The notes under the pieces are model-generated. The model was given only the letters and a program-made list of their open reading frames with translations. It was not told the DNA's origin and searched no databases. This document shows positions 23,024-37,200 of a stretch of DNA of 64,000 nucleotides, piece after piece. Source of the DNA: Nageia nagi (taxonomy: Eukaryota > Plantae > Pinophyta); assembly GCA_050084985.1 (NCBI GenBank), contig JBITNC010000001.1, positions 80,972,001 to 81,036,000 of the forward strand, read 5' to 3'. The position numbers and the translations under genes are program-made. Within the stretch, counting starts at the first letter, position 1; each line of letters opens with the position of its first letter.

Positions 23024-23080
23024 CTCAATAAAACCAATCCCTTTTTGCGCACTTTCTTGTGCTGCTCTTACTCCATGTGT
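23024..23080 (-). CDS. TAAC: TAAC/EAAC-like exon 2: THGVRAAQESAQKGIGFIE
   Basis: AG/GT flanked, 57 bp, continues ...KLLMQ|THGVR as in plant TAAC/EAAC. Confidence 0.92.
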
Positions 23081-25231
23081 CTACAAAAATGTAATATGCA
23101 AATAAATATTTGAATATATATTGTGCAGTCCTCAAATACCATCATAAAAAAGATAATAAATTATATACATGATAGTTGTACATTTATCTACATACAGAAA
23201 AGAATCAAATTCATGATTAAGTTGAAAGAAGAATGTAGTTATCAAATGTAATGCTCCTTATCTGGCCTACATCAGTTACAACTTATGTGAGGTGAGATCA
23301 TTATTAGAAATACTATCATTTAAATAAGACAACATGTAATAAAACATATCTTCATTGCTCAATCGCAATATTTGGAAGTTTCCCCTTGAAGTGGTTAGAG
23401 GTTCACCCCCTCCAAGCGGTGGAAGCTATCAACTTTGAACTTCTATTCATTGATATTCTAGATTTAGCTATTACAAATTATTCTCATTTAATATTATATG
23501 GTGATATTGTTCTTCAATTGCTCTTCAATTCTGCTATTTTGATATAAATGAAATGTTATTATGTTATTTTTATTAGCTGGTTCATAAAAAGTAGTATCAA
23601 AGCATTGATTTTGGATACTTGAAGGCAAAATCAATTGCTTTTCCTTTTGGAGACCTAAGTAAAACATTGATCTCACTCATCAATGCGAATTTTTTAATGA
23701 AATTGGAAGGGGTCATAGACAACATATTCAAGAAGTTGCAATCCAAAGTTCAAACAAATTGGATTTATATTCATTGAGTTATAAGCATTGGAAGTTTTGC
23801 AGAAAACTGTACCCTAGGGATGAAAAAAACCATTTTTTGGGAAGCAATGGTGATAATATGAGATCAAGTAAGAGACCAAATTTTAGATGGACTGAAACTA
23901 TATTGACCAAATTATTGCATAATTGCTCCCTATACAACAAATCAGTAAATTTTTCCAAAAAATTTGGTGAGAACTAGAAGATTAAAATCCAAACAAGCAT
24001 CCTATATTCAAAAATTTCAGTTCATTCTGATATATTTCAAGGAACTTAATGTAACTTTAGTATTTGGGTATTGTATGATTTTTAATTTTTTGAAGATTTG
24101 GCCACCAAATGTGCTTTCTAGGGCACAAAATAATATATTTTTCCAAGATTTTTTGTTAGTAATAAACCTTACCAAAAGAACTACATGTAAAATTTCAGCT
24201 TATTCTAATCTATTTCAAAAAAGTAATTACATTTTTAGGATTTGTGGATATCACTAGCCCCTAATTGTTTAGATTGGGTACAATTTTGGGAAAGCTAAAA
24301 ACACAGGAAATATGACTAATCTGAAATTTTGATCGGAATCTTAAATCACATTAAAATCTTTTTGAAAGAAAAGAGAAATTTGCTTAGGTATGATGACATA
24401 TTATAGATCTACGGAAGTGCAGCAACATTAGTGATTTAAGATCATGACTTGTAAGAAGAAAAAGTATGATGGTTTTGATATGATTATGATGAAGATACTC
24501 CCATAACTTTGGATTATAAATTTTATACACCTCAATTACAAATCAAGAGATTTGATGGCACAAATCCTTCAGGTTGGACATATAAAATTACAAAACAATT
24601 ATGACGGCTTTATATACCTCATGATAGAAGGCTTTGTTTAAATGTTGATTGTTTGAATGATAATATTAAGAAATGGATCATATGCAAGATGAATGAAATG
24701 GATAATGTACCTACTTGGAGGGAGTTTGTATATATGATCATTGAGAAGTATGATGAAACGAATATTAATGATGAGGAAATAAGGTATGATTTTGATTCCA
24801 ATTTTAATTTTGGGACTATCATGGTTTTTCAAAAAGACCTTCAAAGCTATGGTCTAAAATTTCCTAAAGAATTCAAGGAGTACAAAATTCAAAACAAAGT
24901 GAAAACACCAATGGCATACCTCAATAGATTTGATTGTGAATAAAAGAAAGCTAAGAATGTTTGGCTTCATTGTGATAACAAATTGCACAAAGGGCATAAA
25001 TGTAAAATGAAGGAGATTTCACTATTGACTTGAATGAATAGGACAATGAAAGATATAAAGAAATTATAAAATGGAAAAAAAGAAAAAGAGATTCAATAGA
25101 AAGAGAAAGAGCCAAGGACAAAGAATAATGAACGTCCTCTCATAGGTTCACAAAGAATCCAATAGACATATAAAAACAAGATATGATGTTAATTCTAATT
25201 TGAATTTTGATATTAACATGATGAAAGTTTG

Positions 25232-25475
25232 AGGCTTGAGGGCTTGGCCTGATGGTCAACCAACATACATGAAGAGGTAGCGACCCACATTCAAATCCCT
25301 CAAGCCTCGTAGAATCAAAAGGTGTCATGCTAGCGTCATTGGCTACGTTAAAAAGTTTACCTTGACACAACTGAAGGCTATAGTGGCATTAAAAGCAGGA
25401 TTTAAACCCACAATGTGGCGGAGAATAATGTAACTAGTTACTGATTCCTCTAGTCTAACATCAAAAAACAAACAG
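25232..25475 (+). mobile_element. tRNA-derived SINE
   Basis: A-box TGGCCTGATGG (25245-55), B-box-like ATTCAAATCC (25289-98), A-rich tail, and 12-bp TSD GATGAAAGTTTG/GATGAAAGATTG. Confidence 0.7.
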
Positions 25476-27444
25476 GATGAAAGATTGTGTACACCCAAAA
25501 AAACAGCGAAAGAATCTTGCAATCATTATAATGGAAAAAAGGTATAAAGATCAAGAGAAGGAATATTTAAATCAATTCCACAGACAAAACAAGTGTAAAG
25601 ATCAAGAATCTACTTGGACAGGAATTTAACATATGGAAAAATATAGCAAATGTGTTTTAAGAATGTACAAACCTAGATTGATTTGAGAAATTAAAAGTGA
25701 GAACAAGGTAGCAAAAATCATATTAATGGGCAAAATATACAAAGCAAGAAGAGCTACAATATGGGTGTAACTACACTTCAAAAGAAGAAGTTGGTAAAGC
25801 AGAAGAAAAAGAAGACTTACAAAAAGAGGAGCAAATTTTGAAACCTTATGACTATAAGGATTGATTAAATACCCTTGGCAATGAACATTTAAATGGTTTG
25901 TCTTTTACATCATCTTGACATTTTTTATTTCTAATGAAGCTAATAAAAATGCTTTTGAGGCTTTACGTCAGTGTGACTCCATGGGATCATATGTGGAGAA
26001 AATAGGTGATACTAATGTTGGAAAGTCACATATTGATATGACTTCTAATGGGGATCATTCTACTCTCCATCTACACACTATAATTTAATCATGATGATTA
26101 TTATGGTAAAGAGGAGTCCATATATGGTGCATATGAAACTAATTCCTTCATGCATATGGAGAATTTTGTTAATGATCTTGGTAGACAGTCACACGTGGCT
26201 ACTCCTTCAATTGATACAGAAATGGAAACTACTCATGAGATATGCTACAAAACAAATTCTTATAATGGTTCAGTTTCTTGTTCTCTCGATGAGCATTCTT
26301 TCCTCCATAAGAATTCTCTATTAAATCCATTAGTTGTGGTCTTACCTCTTACCATTTTAATTCAATTAATTCTGCAAAGAATGTTAGTTATGAGAACACT
26401 GGTGACAAGTCTTTTATGGGTAAGAATGTTGTTGAAAATTCTCTCACAAATGTTGAAAGAGATGTCTAGTGGAAGGCCCTTTTACAGTTAAGGATATAAT
26501 TATTGGATCATTATTTTCAACAAAATATTTCACTTCTGTCAACAATAAGAAGCTCTTCCAGGTACAAGATATTTGATCTTCTACTTGGAGAAGCTCTCTT
26601 GTTCAAGAATATTATGGAAGATATGGAATTGTAATTCATAATCCTATTGATACATTTGAAGGGATAACCATTTATGATACTGTAGAGAAAGAATGTAGAA
26701 ATCTTATCTCTCCTACATGGAAAAATGAGCATAAAAAGTATGTGGTTCTTGACTAAAGCACTACATTTAGCAATTCTTTTGAGTCTTTAGTTCATCTTGG
26801 AAAGGACAATCCAATTCTTCTCAAATTATTGACGTTCAAGATAAGGTTTGTAAAACTAATTCTCTTCCTTCCAATTTGGAGCATAATGATATTCATGAGA
26901 ATGTTCTTTATAATGTAGTTCACTTCATTGAACACAAAAACAATTCTTCAATATGAGGTTGATAAGCTCGAGCAAGTAATTCATGAGGATTCTTGTGTTG
27001 AAACCCTTTGTTATATTCCTTCTCTTCTAAAGGATTATACTAGCTGGGATGCTTTTCCTTTTCATATTGAGGTGGATGATATGGTTCTATATTCTTGTGC
27101 TTAAAAGTCTTGTGATGGTATTCCTATTGACGAATACATGATTTCTCATGGGGCTCTTTGTCATGATGCATTATTAGCGTGTTCAAGTCTCTAAGACCAC
27201 TCAAACATTTTAGCATCTATTCAAGGACATAAAATTCAGCATGAAAATAATAAGTATCAAAATTGTTATAAACAATTCATGGAAAATCGTATCTTTATTA
27301 GTCAATCGTAATATTTGGAATTTGTCCCCTCAAAGTGGCAAGAGGTTCACCACATCGAAGTGCTGGAAGCTATCATCTTTGGACTTCTATTCATCAATAT
27401 TCTAGATTTGGCTATTGCGAGTTATTCTTCATTTGACATTGTAT

Positions 27445-28272
27445 CAAGGCTCCACACAACCCTAGGAGTGGGGGAGCATGGAGTAGCGGGAACACGTTCC
27501 CAAGAAAGGGAACGATAGAGGTCATTTTTAGAGAGCGCCCCAAAAACAGCAGGGGGAGCGGCTAGTATAATACTCGTAAAAAATCCTAGAATTTTTAAAT
27601 TTCATTGTTTCTAATTCATTATTATTATCAATTCAATCATGTATACAACACTTGGAACTTAAATTAGAAATCAAGTATGAATCATAATATCAAAATGAAC
27701 CATAATCAATGATCATAACACCATAATGTCATTAAGTCTAAATCAGTCTAGTATATAATGAGAGATCTCAAATCAAAAATACTCAAATGACAAATATAGT
27801 AGTACTGAAAACATAGTAGCAAAATACCAAAATCACAACTATCAAACTATGGCTCTAAGGGCTCATGTGCTCCTAATATATCTTGATTGTAATCAATATC
27901 ATCCTCCTCCCCAAGAGAGTTATCTGATGAGCTGCCCTCATCATCCAATTATCAAACTATGGTTATGTTTTTCAATTGGGAATGCTTTATGGTTATGTTT
28001 TTAGAGTTTGGGTGGGATGGGTACATTAATGGGACCCACCCCATGTTTTTTTAAGTTAAAATGTCAAATTTTTAAGTTTTTTTTTCTGGTTGAGCACCCA
28101 TCTCTAGCTGGGAGTGGTCGAGGTGCATCCAACTGCTCATGGAAGCATCCAACCGCTCCAAGGACATTTGGAAACGCCTTCCCCTAGGCAAGAAATGCTC
28201 CCGAGAGTGTCTCCTTGTCGCTCCCCAAAAGGGAGCATATAGGAGTTACTCCCATGTCCGCTCCCAAGAGTG
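27445..28272. mobile_element. Non-autonomous hAT-type element inserted in the 3' LTR
   Basis: 8-bp TSD CATTGTAT/CATTATAT, start CAAGGCTCCACA, and an internal part that aligns with 40293-40800. The right TIR is not recognisable. Confidence 0.7.
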
Positions 28273-29134
28273 CATTATATGGTGATATTATTTTTCTATT
28301 GCTCTTCAATTCTTCTATTTTGATATGATTTGGATATTATTATGTTATTTCTATTAGTTGGTTCATAGCATCAAATTAGTAAGAACCATCTCTAAGACCA
28401 CTCAAACATTTTGGCATCAATTGAAGGGCATAAAATTAAGCATGAAAATATCAAAATTGGCATAAACAATCCATGATCAACCTGATTCATTGTTTGTGTC
28501 TTTTGTCCCAATAATGATCCCATGTATATTCTAGGTGAAGCTTCCATCCATACTATATAGCATGCAATGCCACTAGTTGCCAGATAAAAAAAAGGTCAAG
28601 AAAAAATAAGCCTCCATCAAAAAGAGTTTTTGTTGGCATCGTTTCCATTCTTTGTTAAAACAAGCTTGTTAATTAATTTAGAACCTCAAGCCTTCTATGG
28701 CTATCCAATCTGAAAAGTTGCTAATGTAGTGATGTGATGATTTTCCTAAAGCCACACCTAACCTGTATATTATGAGATTAAACCCAAAGAGATTGCATGT
28801 GCCATTGAATCCTAGTTTGCTTCCAACTTTTCTCAATTCTAGCTGCAATTTGCACAATTCATATGGCATGAAAAACAAAGGAATAAATCCTAGAGCAAGT
28901 TGCAAGGCACTTTAAAAGAACAAATATCTTTCAAATTCAAACATACTATCAAGCTAAATAAGCGGATTCTATACAGTGCAATCCCTCAAAGTTTATTTCT
29001 AGAAGCTTCTAAACACAATATCAATTAGTTGAAGAATATAGCGTACATATTCAACAAGTCTCTAGGAAACCCTCCATATCTCAAGTCTAGCAAACTTGAT
29101 TCACTAGACTCGCCAAGTTTCCCATAGTCTTACT

Positions 29135-32100
29135 CAGTGTTTGAAAGTTCGAGTACCAAATGTATACGTGTCGGGGCCAAATTTTAAAAATCGTCTGAAG
29201 TACGGGAAAATGGGAAAAAAACATGGTACATTAAAACGTGAACAAACACAAAAAAAATGCAAAAAAAATTGTGAAAAAACAACAAAACTGAGAAAATACG
29301 TGGTACATTAAAAAAACAAAAAGAATGCAATTTTTTTTATATTTTTTTTATTTTGCATAGAATATGCTTATCTAATTGCTATAAAACATTCTCATTGATC
29401 AAAATTCATATTCATACAACATAGACAAAAATGATAAATCATAAGTTCATAACATGGATCATCGATAATAGATATACAAAATCAAAATGTATGTCAAATC
29501 GTAAAATGTCTACTACATGGTGCCAACTTGCCAAGTCCTAACAAGTACTAAAAAAGTAATTGTGTAATACAATAATACAATGTCAATCAAGGCATCATGT
29601 AACACCCTCTCTTGTAAAAGAAAATTAATTGTAGAATCCTATGGATTCCCTCTTGTAAATATTTATTTATTTATTTATGTATTTGTTGTTAGTACTTGGG
29701 ATAGAAATAATAAAAGTCCGTTGGACCCCACTATGAGCCCCAAGTGGTACGTCTTCCTCCCAAGCGTAGGCTAGCATAATTTAATGTTGTTTTATGTACT
29801 TGGAGATCCCGAACATTGATTGTGGGAATCCCAAGGCCTTGTATGGACATGAAAATAGGATCTAGACACATGTATGACTCCTAGAAACCCAACACATGAC
29901 ATGGGGAACTTCTAGGACCCCAATGTTGGACTTGGAGGCATCCCATCACCCTTGGAGGTCCATGTCACACCTTAGAGAGGCTCTACACCCCACGCATGAG
30001 CATTTATGATATGTTTGAGGCATTTGAGTGCCCCTAGGAGGCTAATGTTGGATAGGGGAGACATGGATGATTTCAAGGTGATAATCTAGATCCAGGCTTG
30101 AGCTATATTAGGCGTTGGAGCATCATTGCATGGATAGACTGATTTGATATTATTTCTCCTACCATCCAGTGGACACAAGTCTTGGCGCAGTGTCAAACAA
30201 TCTTCCCCTAGGTCCAGCATCTAGGAGGGTTAGCAAGCTAACAGATCTTGCTAATCTACGGCTAAGGTGTAGCCTGTTAGTCCAACTAGTGGTATTCCAA
30301 GGTTGCAATCCTACCATTCAATTGGTTTCCAGGGTTTGGAGAGAGCTCCTTCGATAGAGAGGATTTAGATCTTGAGGGAGTGTAGCTATCCCATCCATTG
30401 TTCCAATAGTGATCACATTTGCATATTTGTATGCCCTAAATGTCTCTTTGGAGGCCAATGTTGAGCCCTATTAGGCCTGGTTTGTATTGTACTTCACATT
30501 CTACCATTAATTGAAGTCGTGGCATACTTGGATCTCATTCTTGTCTCATCATTGTGTGCATTTGGTGCAATATTGTTTCATTGTGCATGACGTTGGGCAT
30601 TTGAGTGTTATTCTGGCTTGTTAAGTAAGATGTTGGCATTCCTGTCCTGTATTTGAATGATTTTGATGCCCTACTCCAAACGTGGGTGCATGTTTGCTTG
30701 TATTTGATAATTAATTGGCTAATTTGCACTTGAGATTGTATTTGGAATCTTTCACATCAACGGCCTTTTCCCCTGTTATATCGACCACCATAACTATATG
30801 ATCTACTACAACTAGGAGAGGCTTCTATTCCTTTGCCACGAACATCCACAATCGGGAATGGATTGTGCTCCTTTGTGTGCACATGCTCCTTCTCCTGGGG
30901 TTGGACCTCCTCCTCTATGATTGGTAATATACTTATGCCTATGCCTGAGATTGCATCAATCTCCTCCCCCAACTCAATCCATTTAGTCTAAAACTCCTCA
31001 TCTAAATTGTCATCTTCTACGATGTCGCATGGAGGTGCATCGCTATATGGAGGATCAATGGAAGACAAATCAATGGGTTCCACACTATCTGTCTTTTGCA
31101 ATTGCTTCACATACTATCACAGGTTGACGTAGATGTCCACAATATCATCCAAGTATTGTTGTGTCAACCTAATAATAATTAAACAAATTTCACCATATCA
31201 ATTGGAAATTGAAACATAATTGCAAATTTGCAAGAACTAAGAATCAAAATTGAAATGAATCAAATTGCTAACATGTTGCGCCTCTTGGAGTGAATATTTT
31301 CAAAGGCACTCCAATTGTGCTCGCATTTAGGAGACGTACATGTTTGACTAAGGATGCAAATGGCTATGTTTAGAAATTCGGGTGTATCACCTCCAAAATT
31401 TATCCACCATACATCTAAAATATAAAACAAATTACAAAAAATTAAAATTGGCAAAAGTCTAAATGTATACAATAGTAATACTAAAAAAGTAAAAATCAAC
31501 AAAATAAAGTTCAACAATTTGAATTTTGAAATATTTATTATTTAGATTGAACTTTGAACTTGAAATTTCCTCACCTAAAGAGAGGTCCCCACATGTCTCT
31601 ATAGCTCCACCAAAACCAAAGACGCCATGTGACATCTTGTACATCTCCATGTCCTTTAAATTCGGGCACGCTTGGTGGAATCTCTCACCATAGTGCATAT
31701 GCATTTTGATACCTAAGTTAAAATTTAAATGCCATTAATAATATAAAATTAAAAATATTATATTATTAACCAAAACCAGAAAACCTTTAGAAATTTTGTT
31801 GCATTTCTGCATAAGTGGGATCCTTTAACAAACCCTGATCACACAAACTGCATCAAACATTGCTTGCCAATAAAGGCTCTTGGTAATGTTGATTGGCAAC
31901 TCTTCATAACATATCAGCTTGGCCACAAAAAAATCTGTTTTTTTCTTCTCATTCTTGTTTAATAAACATGTGATAGATGGTTGCTCTCCAAGTGTTGTTC
32001 ATGGCCCAAAGCAAGTAGAGATTCCAACAACTCTAGTAGCACCAGTACTAGAAGCTTAAGATTAACTATGACTTAAACTTCCACCACTAGAAGACATCCA

Positions 32101-32885
32101 TGCTCGTAGCTCATTTGAACTGCAACCTTCCTAGCTTTTTTCTCTCCTATAGAGTCCAAGTCTCTGTTTGACTCAAGAATAAGGTCTGCACTTGCACCTG
32201 AGCAGATTTCCACACCTCTCGTTGTATGTTGAGAAAAATGGACCTTGACCCTATTAATCCCTCCAACAAAAGTATTTTGACACAAGTTACATTGTAGCTT
32301 CCCTAAAGTACCCGGTTTACATACTGCAAATTATAATGATCTAGTTGCAGCCCCAAAAATCTTCTCCTTTCAGCTCCAAAACACCAAATGATCTTGGAAA
32401 ATGCTCCCCTCAGCTTCTATCTTGCTCCCCTCAGCCCTTGTCTTACTCCCTTTAGCTCAAATGACCAAATGAGAAGGGGCTTTTTCTATTTAACCCCAAA
32501 ACTCACGTTTTGTCCCTTTCCAGCAGCGAGTAAGAGGTGCAGTTTGCATATTTTTCTGAGTATATCCATATTTTTACCTAGAGCATGTATTTTTTTCCTG
32601 TTTTCTATCCTCTGTGAATTCGTGCATAAAGTCACCTTTTTTCCAAGTATATACGTGAATATTTGCATTTCTTTCCTTTTACACTAAAAAATTGCCAGTC
32701 ACAGATTTGATGCATTTTTTTGAGAAAATTTGTGTTTTTCTTGGGAAAAATTCATGAGAATAAACATGAAAAAAACGTGAGAAAAAAGCGTGAAAGTACA
32801 CGTTTTTTTTGTGGAAAATTCGGCAGTTTTTAAAAATGCATATATTCACGAATTTGACATTTAATCGGTGTTTTTTTAAACACTG
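29135..32885 (-). mobile_element. Internally deleted hAT transposon
   Basis: TIR CAGTGTTT(G/A)AAA at both ends and 8-bp TSD GTCTTACT/GTCTTATT. BED finger (CNLCQNTFVGGINRVKVHF, ~32200-32300) and dimerisation domain (WWINFGGDTPEF...ILSQTCTSPKCEHNWSAFENIHSKRRN, ~31270-31415). Confidence 0.9.
29598..30754 (+). mobile_element. Solo LTR (1,157 bp) related to the chromovirus LTR at 16765
   Basis: TGTAAC...TTTCA with perfect TSD CATCA. Shares GGACCCCACT.TGAGCCCCAAGTGG.ACGTC and TTGGAGATCCC..A.ATTGATTGTGGGAATCCCAAG-like blocks with 16890-16990. Confidence 0.88.
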
Positions 32886-34253
32886 GTCTTATTAGTGAAA
32901 CCTGTGAGTTGCCCAATCTGATGAATCTGTCAACAAGTCTCTGGGAAATATCCATATTTCAAGTCTAGCAGACTTGACTCACTGGACTTGCCAACTTTCC
33001 CATAGTCTTACTAGTGAAACCCGTGAGTTGCCAAGTCTGAAGAATTTGTATCATAGAAAGGGTGAACTTTGTAATGTCCAACAGGAAAAATTTGAAAAAC
33101 AAAAAACTGTCAATTCCAAGCATTTCTTGCTGGTAGAAAAAATTGAAAAGTTTTTCAATTATGCCCTTTAAGGTTAGTTTTGTATCGATATTTGAATTTA
33201 ATTTTTAAGGAATGTATAAAATTGCAAAATTTGTATTTTATTTATTGGATCTTGTAGCCAAGAATTTTGCCCAGTCCAAGTCAAAAATACACCTGCCAAT
33301 TCTAAGCCTCATTGCTATGCCAAAGAATTAGGACCATACTATTGAGCATGTAATTAAACTTGAACTTGACAAGCATTTAGCTTGGTAAGAACTCATGCTA
33401 GGGAAAAACACAACTAAAAACTTGCAAAATCATAAATTTTTATTCGAATAACTTGATAAAATCATAAAACTCAGGACTTGTCAAAATACTTGGCAAGAAC
33501 TCATGAGTCAGCTACAAAATTGGCAAAAAACTCAATCAAAACTTGGTCAACCTCAAGAACTAGTGAGTTGAATGTGAGTACTCATTTTGATCAATTCGGC
33601 AAGATTACTCATGAGTACTTGCCACTGTCATGAAATCAACAATTATTCAGTTTGTTCAATTGAATATTCAGCAAACAGGGGTAAACACAAGGTTGATTAC
33701 TCAACTACATGGTTGTGCTAGCAAAAATGTAGCGACATATTTAAATTTAATTTTTTCTCCTTTGCTTTCATTTCAAAGTTGTCAAAGACTCCAAAGCTAA
33801 GAAGATAAGTGAAGGAGAGTGAACTTTAACCCTATAGGCATCAAAATCATACGTCCAAATCCTAGCAGGTAACAAATACAAGGGAGTTTTTGTTTTAAGT
33901 TTGTAAAAAATATTATACGGCTGAGTTTTTTTCTAAGCTAAGTTTGTAAATTTTTGCTTTTTTTAATGATGCAGTTTCCAATTTAGGAGGAGACAATGAG
34001 TGTAAGAAGAGATCTTGGATGTAAGCATTGCAATGAAGTGGGTGGACAATTGGAATGCAACTACTATGGTAAATTTATACATGGTAGGATTAAGTTTTAA
34101 CTGCATGAAATACCATCCTACTCACATTGTAGCGATGTGATGTGAATACATGCCCTAGCACAGAACTACAAGTAGCGTTGGAGATAAGTGCCTATTTCAA
34201 GAGTTTCTTCAAGGAGGAACATAAGCAAGAAACGAAGGTAGAAATGGGTAGCA

Positions 34254-37200
34254 TGTTAGAAAATGGAGACTACAACCGGCTAGAAAACAGAGAGCAGTTT
34301 CTTTCTCGTTTTTCAGTTGCCAAGAAGCCATGACACCTGGTTATTAGTTATAGAAGGGTTGGGGGTTACCTAACAACCTTCCTGATCCAACTTGGGTTTA
34401 AGTTGGGTTAGTTTATACCTATAAATAAGAGGCTTGAGTTGAGGCATGTAGTATTTGTAGTTTTGACAGCAATTGTGAAGTAGATTGTGATTATTGAGAG
34501 AGAGATTGTAGTGACGTTTTGTTGTAACTCCAAAGTGAAGATTGTAGCAAGGTTATGCTGCTGGTTTGTTACTTGGAGGACTTTGAAGAATGATATGCAA
34601 AAGGGTTGAAAGCTTCTCCGTGGATGTAGCCTACATTGGGTGAACCACGTTATCTCTTGTGTCTCTCTTTGTGTGATTGATGTTCATGGTTATTTGATTT
34701 CAGTAGTATGCTTTGAATCTTGTTTCTTTTGCTAAGGAGTAAGAGAATTATTGATGCTCTTGCTTATATAAACTTATTAAATCCTAACAAGTGGTATCAG
34801 AGCTTGTTGTTGTGTTGGGATTTTGTTGGTGAATCTTGTGTGTAGATTGGAAACCAGGAAGAGCACTATGGCAGAAGAAGGGAGGCTGAAGGTGGAAAGA
34901 TTTAATGGGCAAGGTTTTCAGTTTTGGAAAATGCAAATGGAAGACTACCTCTACCAAAAGGATCTCTATCAACCTCTAGAAGATAAGAGTAAGAAACCCA
35001 CTTCTATGAGTGATGAAGAATGGAACTTGTTGGATAGAAAGGCTTTGGGAGCTGTAAGACTTTGTTTAAGTTCTAGTGTAGCTTTCAATATTTCCAATGA
35101 AAAAACTACTAAAGGTGTAATGGATAAGCTTGCTAAAATGTATGAAAAACCATCTGCCTCAAACAAAGTATACTTAATGAAGAAATTGTTTAACATGAAG
35201 ATGAATGAAGGTAGTTCAGTTCAGGACCATGTTAATGAATTCAACACAATCACAAATCAATTAACTTCAGTAAGTTTAGAATTTGAAGATGAAGTAAGGG
35301 CTTTGTTAATTCTATGTTCACTTCCGGATAGTTGGAATAGCTTTGTTATGGCTGTTAGTAATTCTTCTTCTAATGCAAAATTGATCTTTGATGAAGTTGT
35401 TGGAACAATTCTAAGTGAGGACATGAGGAGAAAGTCCACGGGAGAATGCTCCAATGCTGCTCTCACAGTAGAGGCAAGAGGAAGATCAAAGGAAAGAAGG
35501 AGAAGCAAGTCAAGAAGCAAATCGCAAGGAAGGTCAAAATCAAAAGGTAAAACTAAATTGGAATGTTGGCATTGTGGTAAAAAGGGTCACATTAAAAGGG
35601 ATTGTTGGAATAGAAAAGGAAAAGAAAGTGAAAGTAGTAATTATAATAATGAAAGCACAAGTAACCAAGAGGCAAATATTGTTGGTGAATTAATTCAAGA
35701 TGCTTTAATCATGTCTAATGAAAAGAATGATGATTATTGGGTTCTTGATTCGGGTGCTTCATATCATGCTACTCCACATAAGAACTATTTTTCAAATTAC
35801 ACACATGGTGACTTTGGTCAAGTATTATTAGGTAATGAACACCCATGCAAGATTGTTGGTATTGGCAATATAACAATGAAATTACCTAATGGAACAAAAT
35901 GGACTCTTAATGAAGCTAGACACATTCCGGATCTTAAAAGAAATCTTATATCAACAAGTAAATTGGATAAGGAGGGCTATGTGATGACATTCGGGGATGC
36001 TAGTTGGAAAGTAACTAAAGGTTCAATGGTATTTGCAAAGGGAAATTTGGTGGGGTCTCTTTATTTGCTCACAAATGTCTTTGATTATTCATTGAATCTT
36101 GTTTCAATAGGCAATGATACATCACTATGGCATAATAGACTTGGACATATGAGTGAGAAAGGTATGAAAATGTTACACTCTAATGGTTCACTCCCTAATC
36201 TTAAAGAAGTTGATTTAGGATTTTGTGAAGATTGTGTGTATGGAAAACAAAAAAGGGTTAATTTTCTTAAAGTTGGCAAAGAAAAGAAGAGTCACAAATT
36301 AGAGCTTGTTCATACGGATGTGTGGGGTCCTGCACAGGTTTGCTCACTTGGGGGCTCATCTTATTTTGTCACTTTTATTGATGATTGTACCAGGAAGACA
36401 TGGGTATACTGTATTAAAAAGAAATCTGATGTGTTTGAAACATTTAAGAGGTGGAAGGCATTGGTTGAGAATGAAACTAATTCTAAGTTGAAATGTCTTA
36501 AGTCCGATAATGGTGGGGAATTTTGCAATAATGAGTTTGATTCATTTTGTTCACACAATGGCATTAGAAGGATTAAGGTGGTTCCTAGAACTCCACAGGA
36601 AAATGGGGTTGCAGAAAGAATGAATAGGACTATCTTGGAAAGGGCTAGAAGTATGAGGATACATGCTGGGTTTTCTTTGAATCTTTGGGCTGATGCTATT
36701 GACACTGCTGTTTATTTGATTAACAGGGGTCCATCTATGGCTTTAGATGGAGGCATTCCAGAGGAGATGTGGACAGGTAAAAAGGTGAATTACTCATTCT
36801 TGAGAGTCTTTGGTTGTGAGGCTTTTGCACATGTTGATAAAGAGGATAGAAAGAAACTTGATGCAAAATCACAAAAATGCTATTTTGTTGGATATGGTGT
36901 TAATGATTTGGGATATAGGTTATGGGATGTTGATAACCATAAAATCATTAGAAGTAGAGATGTTGTATTCAATGAGAAAAGCATGTATAAAGATAGATTG
37001 CAAAATGTTGAGGAACCCAAGTTTGTATCTCTAGAAGATGTTGATCAATATAAGGGTCCTGATAATAATAATGTTCAAGCACCTCCACCACAAACACCTC
37101 AAACTTTGTCACTTAGAAGGTCCTCAAGGAATAGAAATCCTCCTGAACGATACTCTCCTGCTCTTTATCATATTCTTTATACTGATGGTGGTGAACCTGA

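Larger units (their letters stand above)
23247..28370 (+). mobile_element. Old non-autonomous LTR retrotransposon with short LTRs and a gag remnant only
   Basis: TGTAATG...CATAGCA with perfect TSD TCAAA (23242-46 / 28371-75). 5' LTR 23247-~23589 aligns with ~27282-27444 + 28273-28370, and a degenerate PBS TAGTATCAAAGC lies at 23592. Gag-like TWREFVYMIIEKY and zinc knuckle HCDNKLHKGHKCK at ~24700-25010. Confidence 0.75.

Noticed and set aside
23708-24262. Possible MITE with AGGGG.../...CCCCT ends
   Set aside because: TIR match is poor and there is no convincing TSD.
34823-34867. N-terminal extension of the copia ORF in the track
   Set aside because: Non-ATG start; gag similarity begins at MAEEG (34868).
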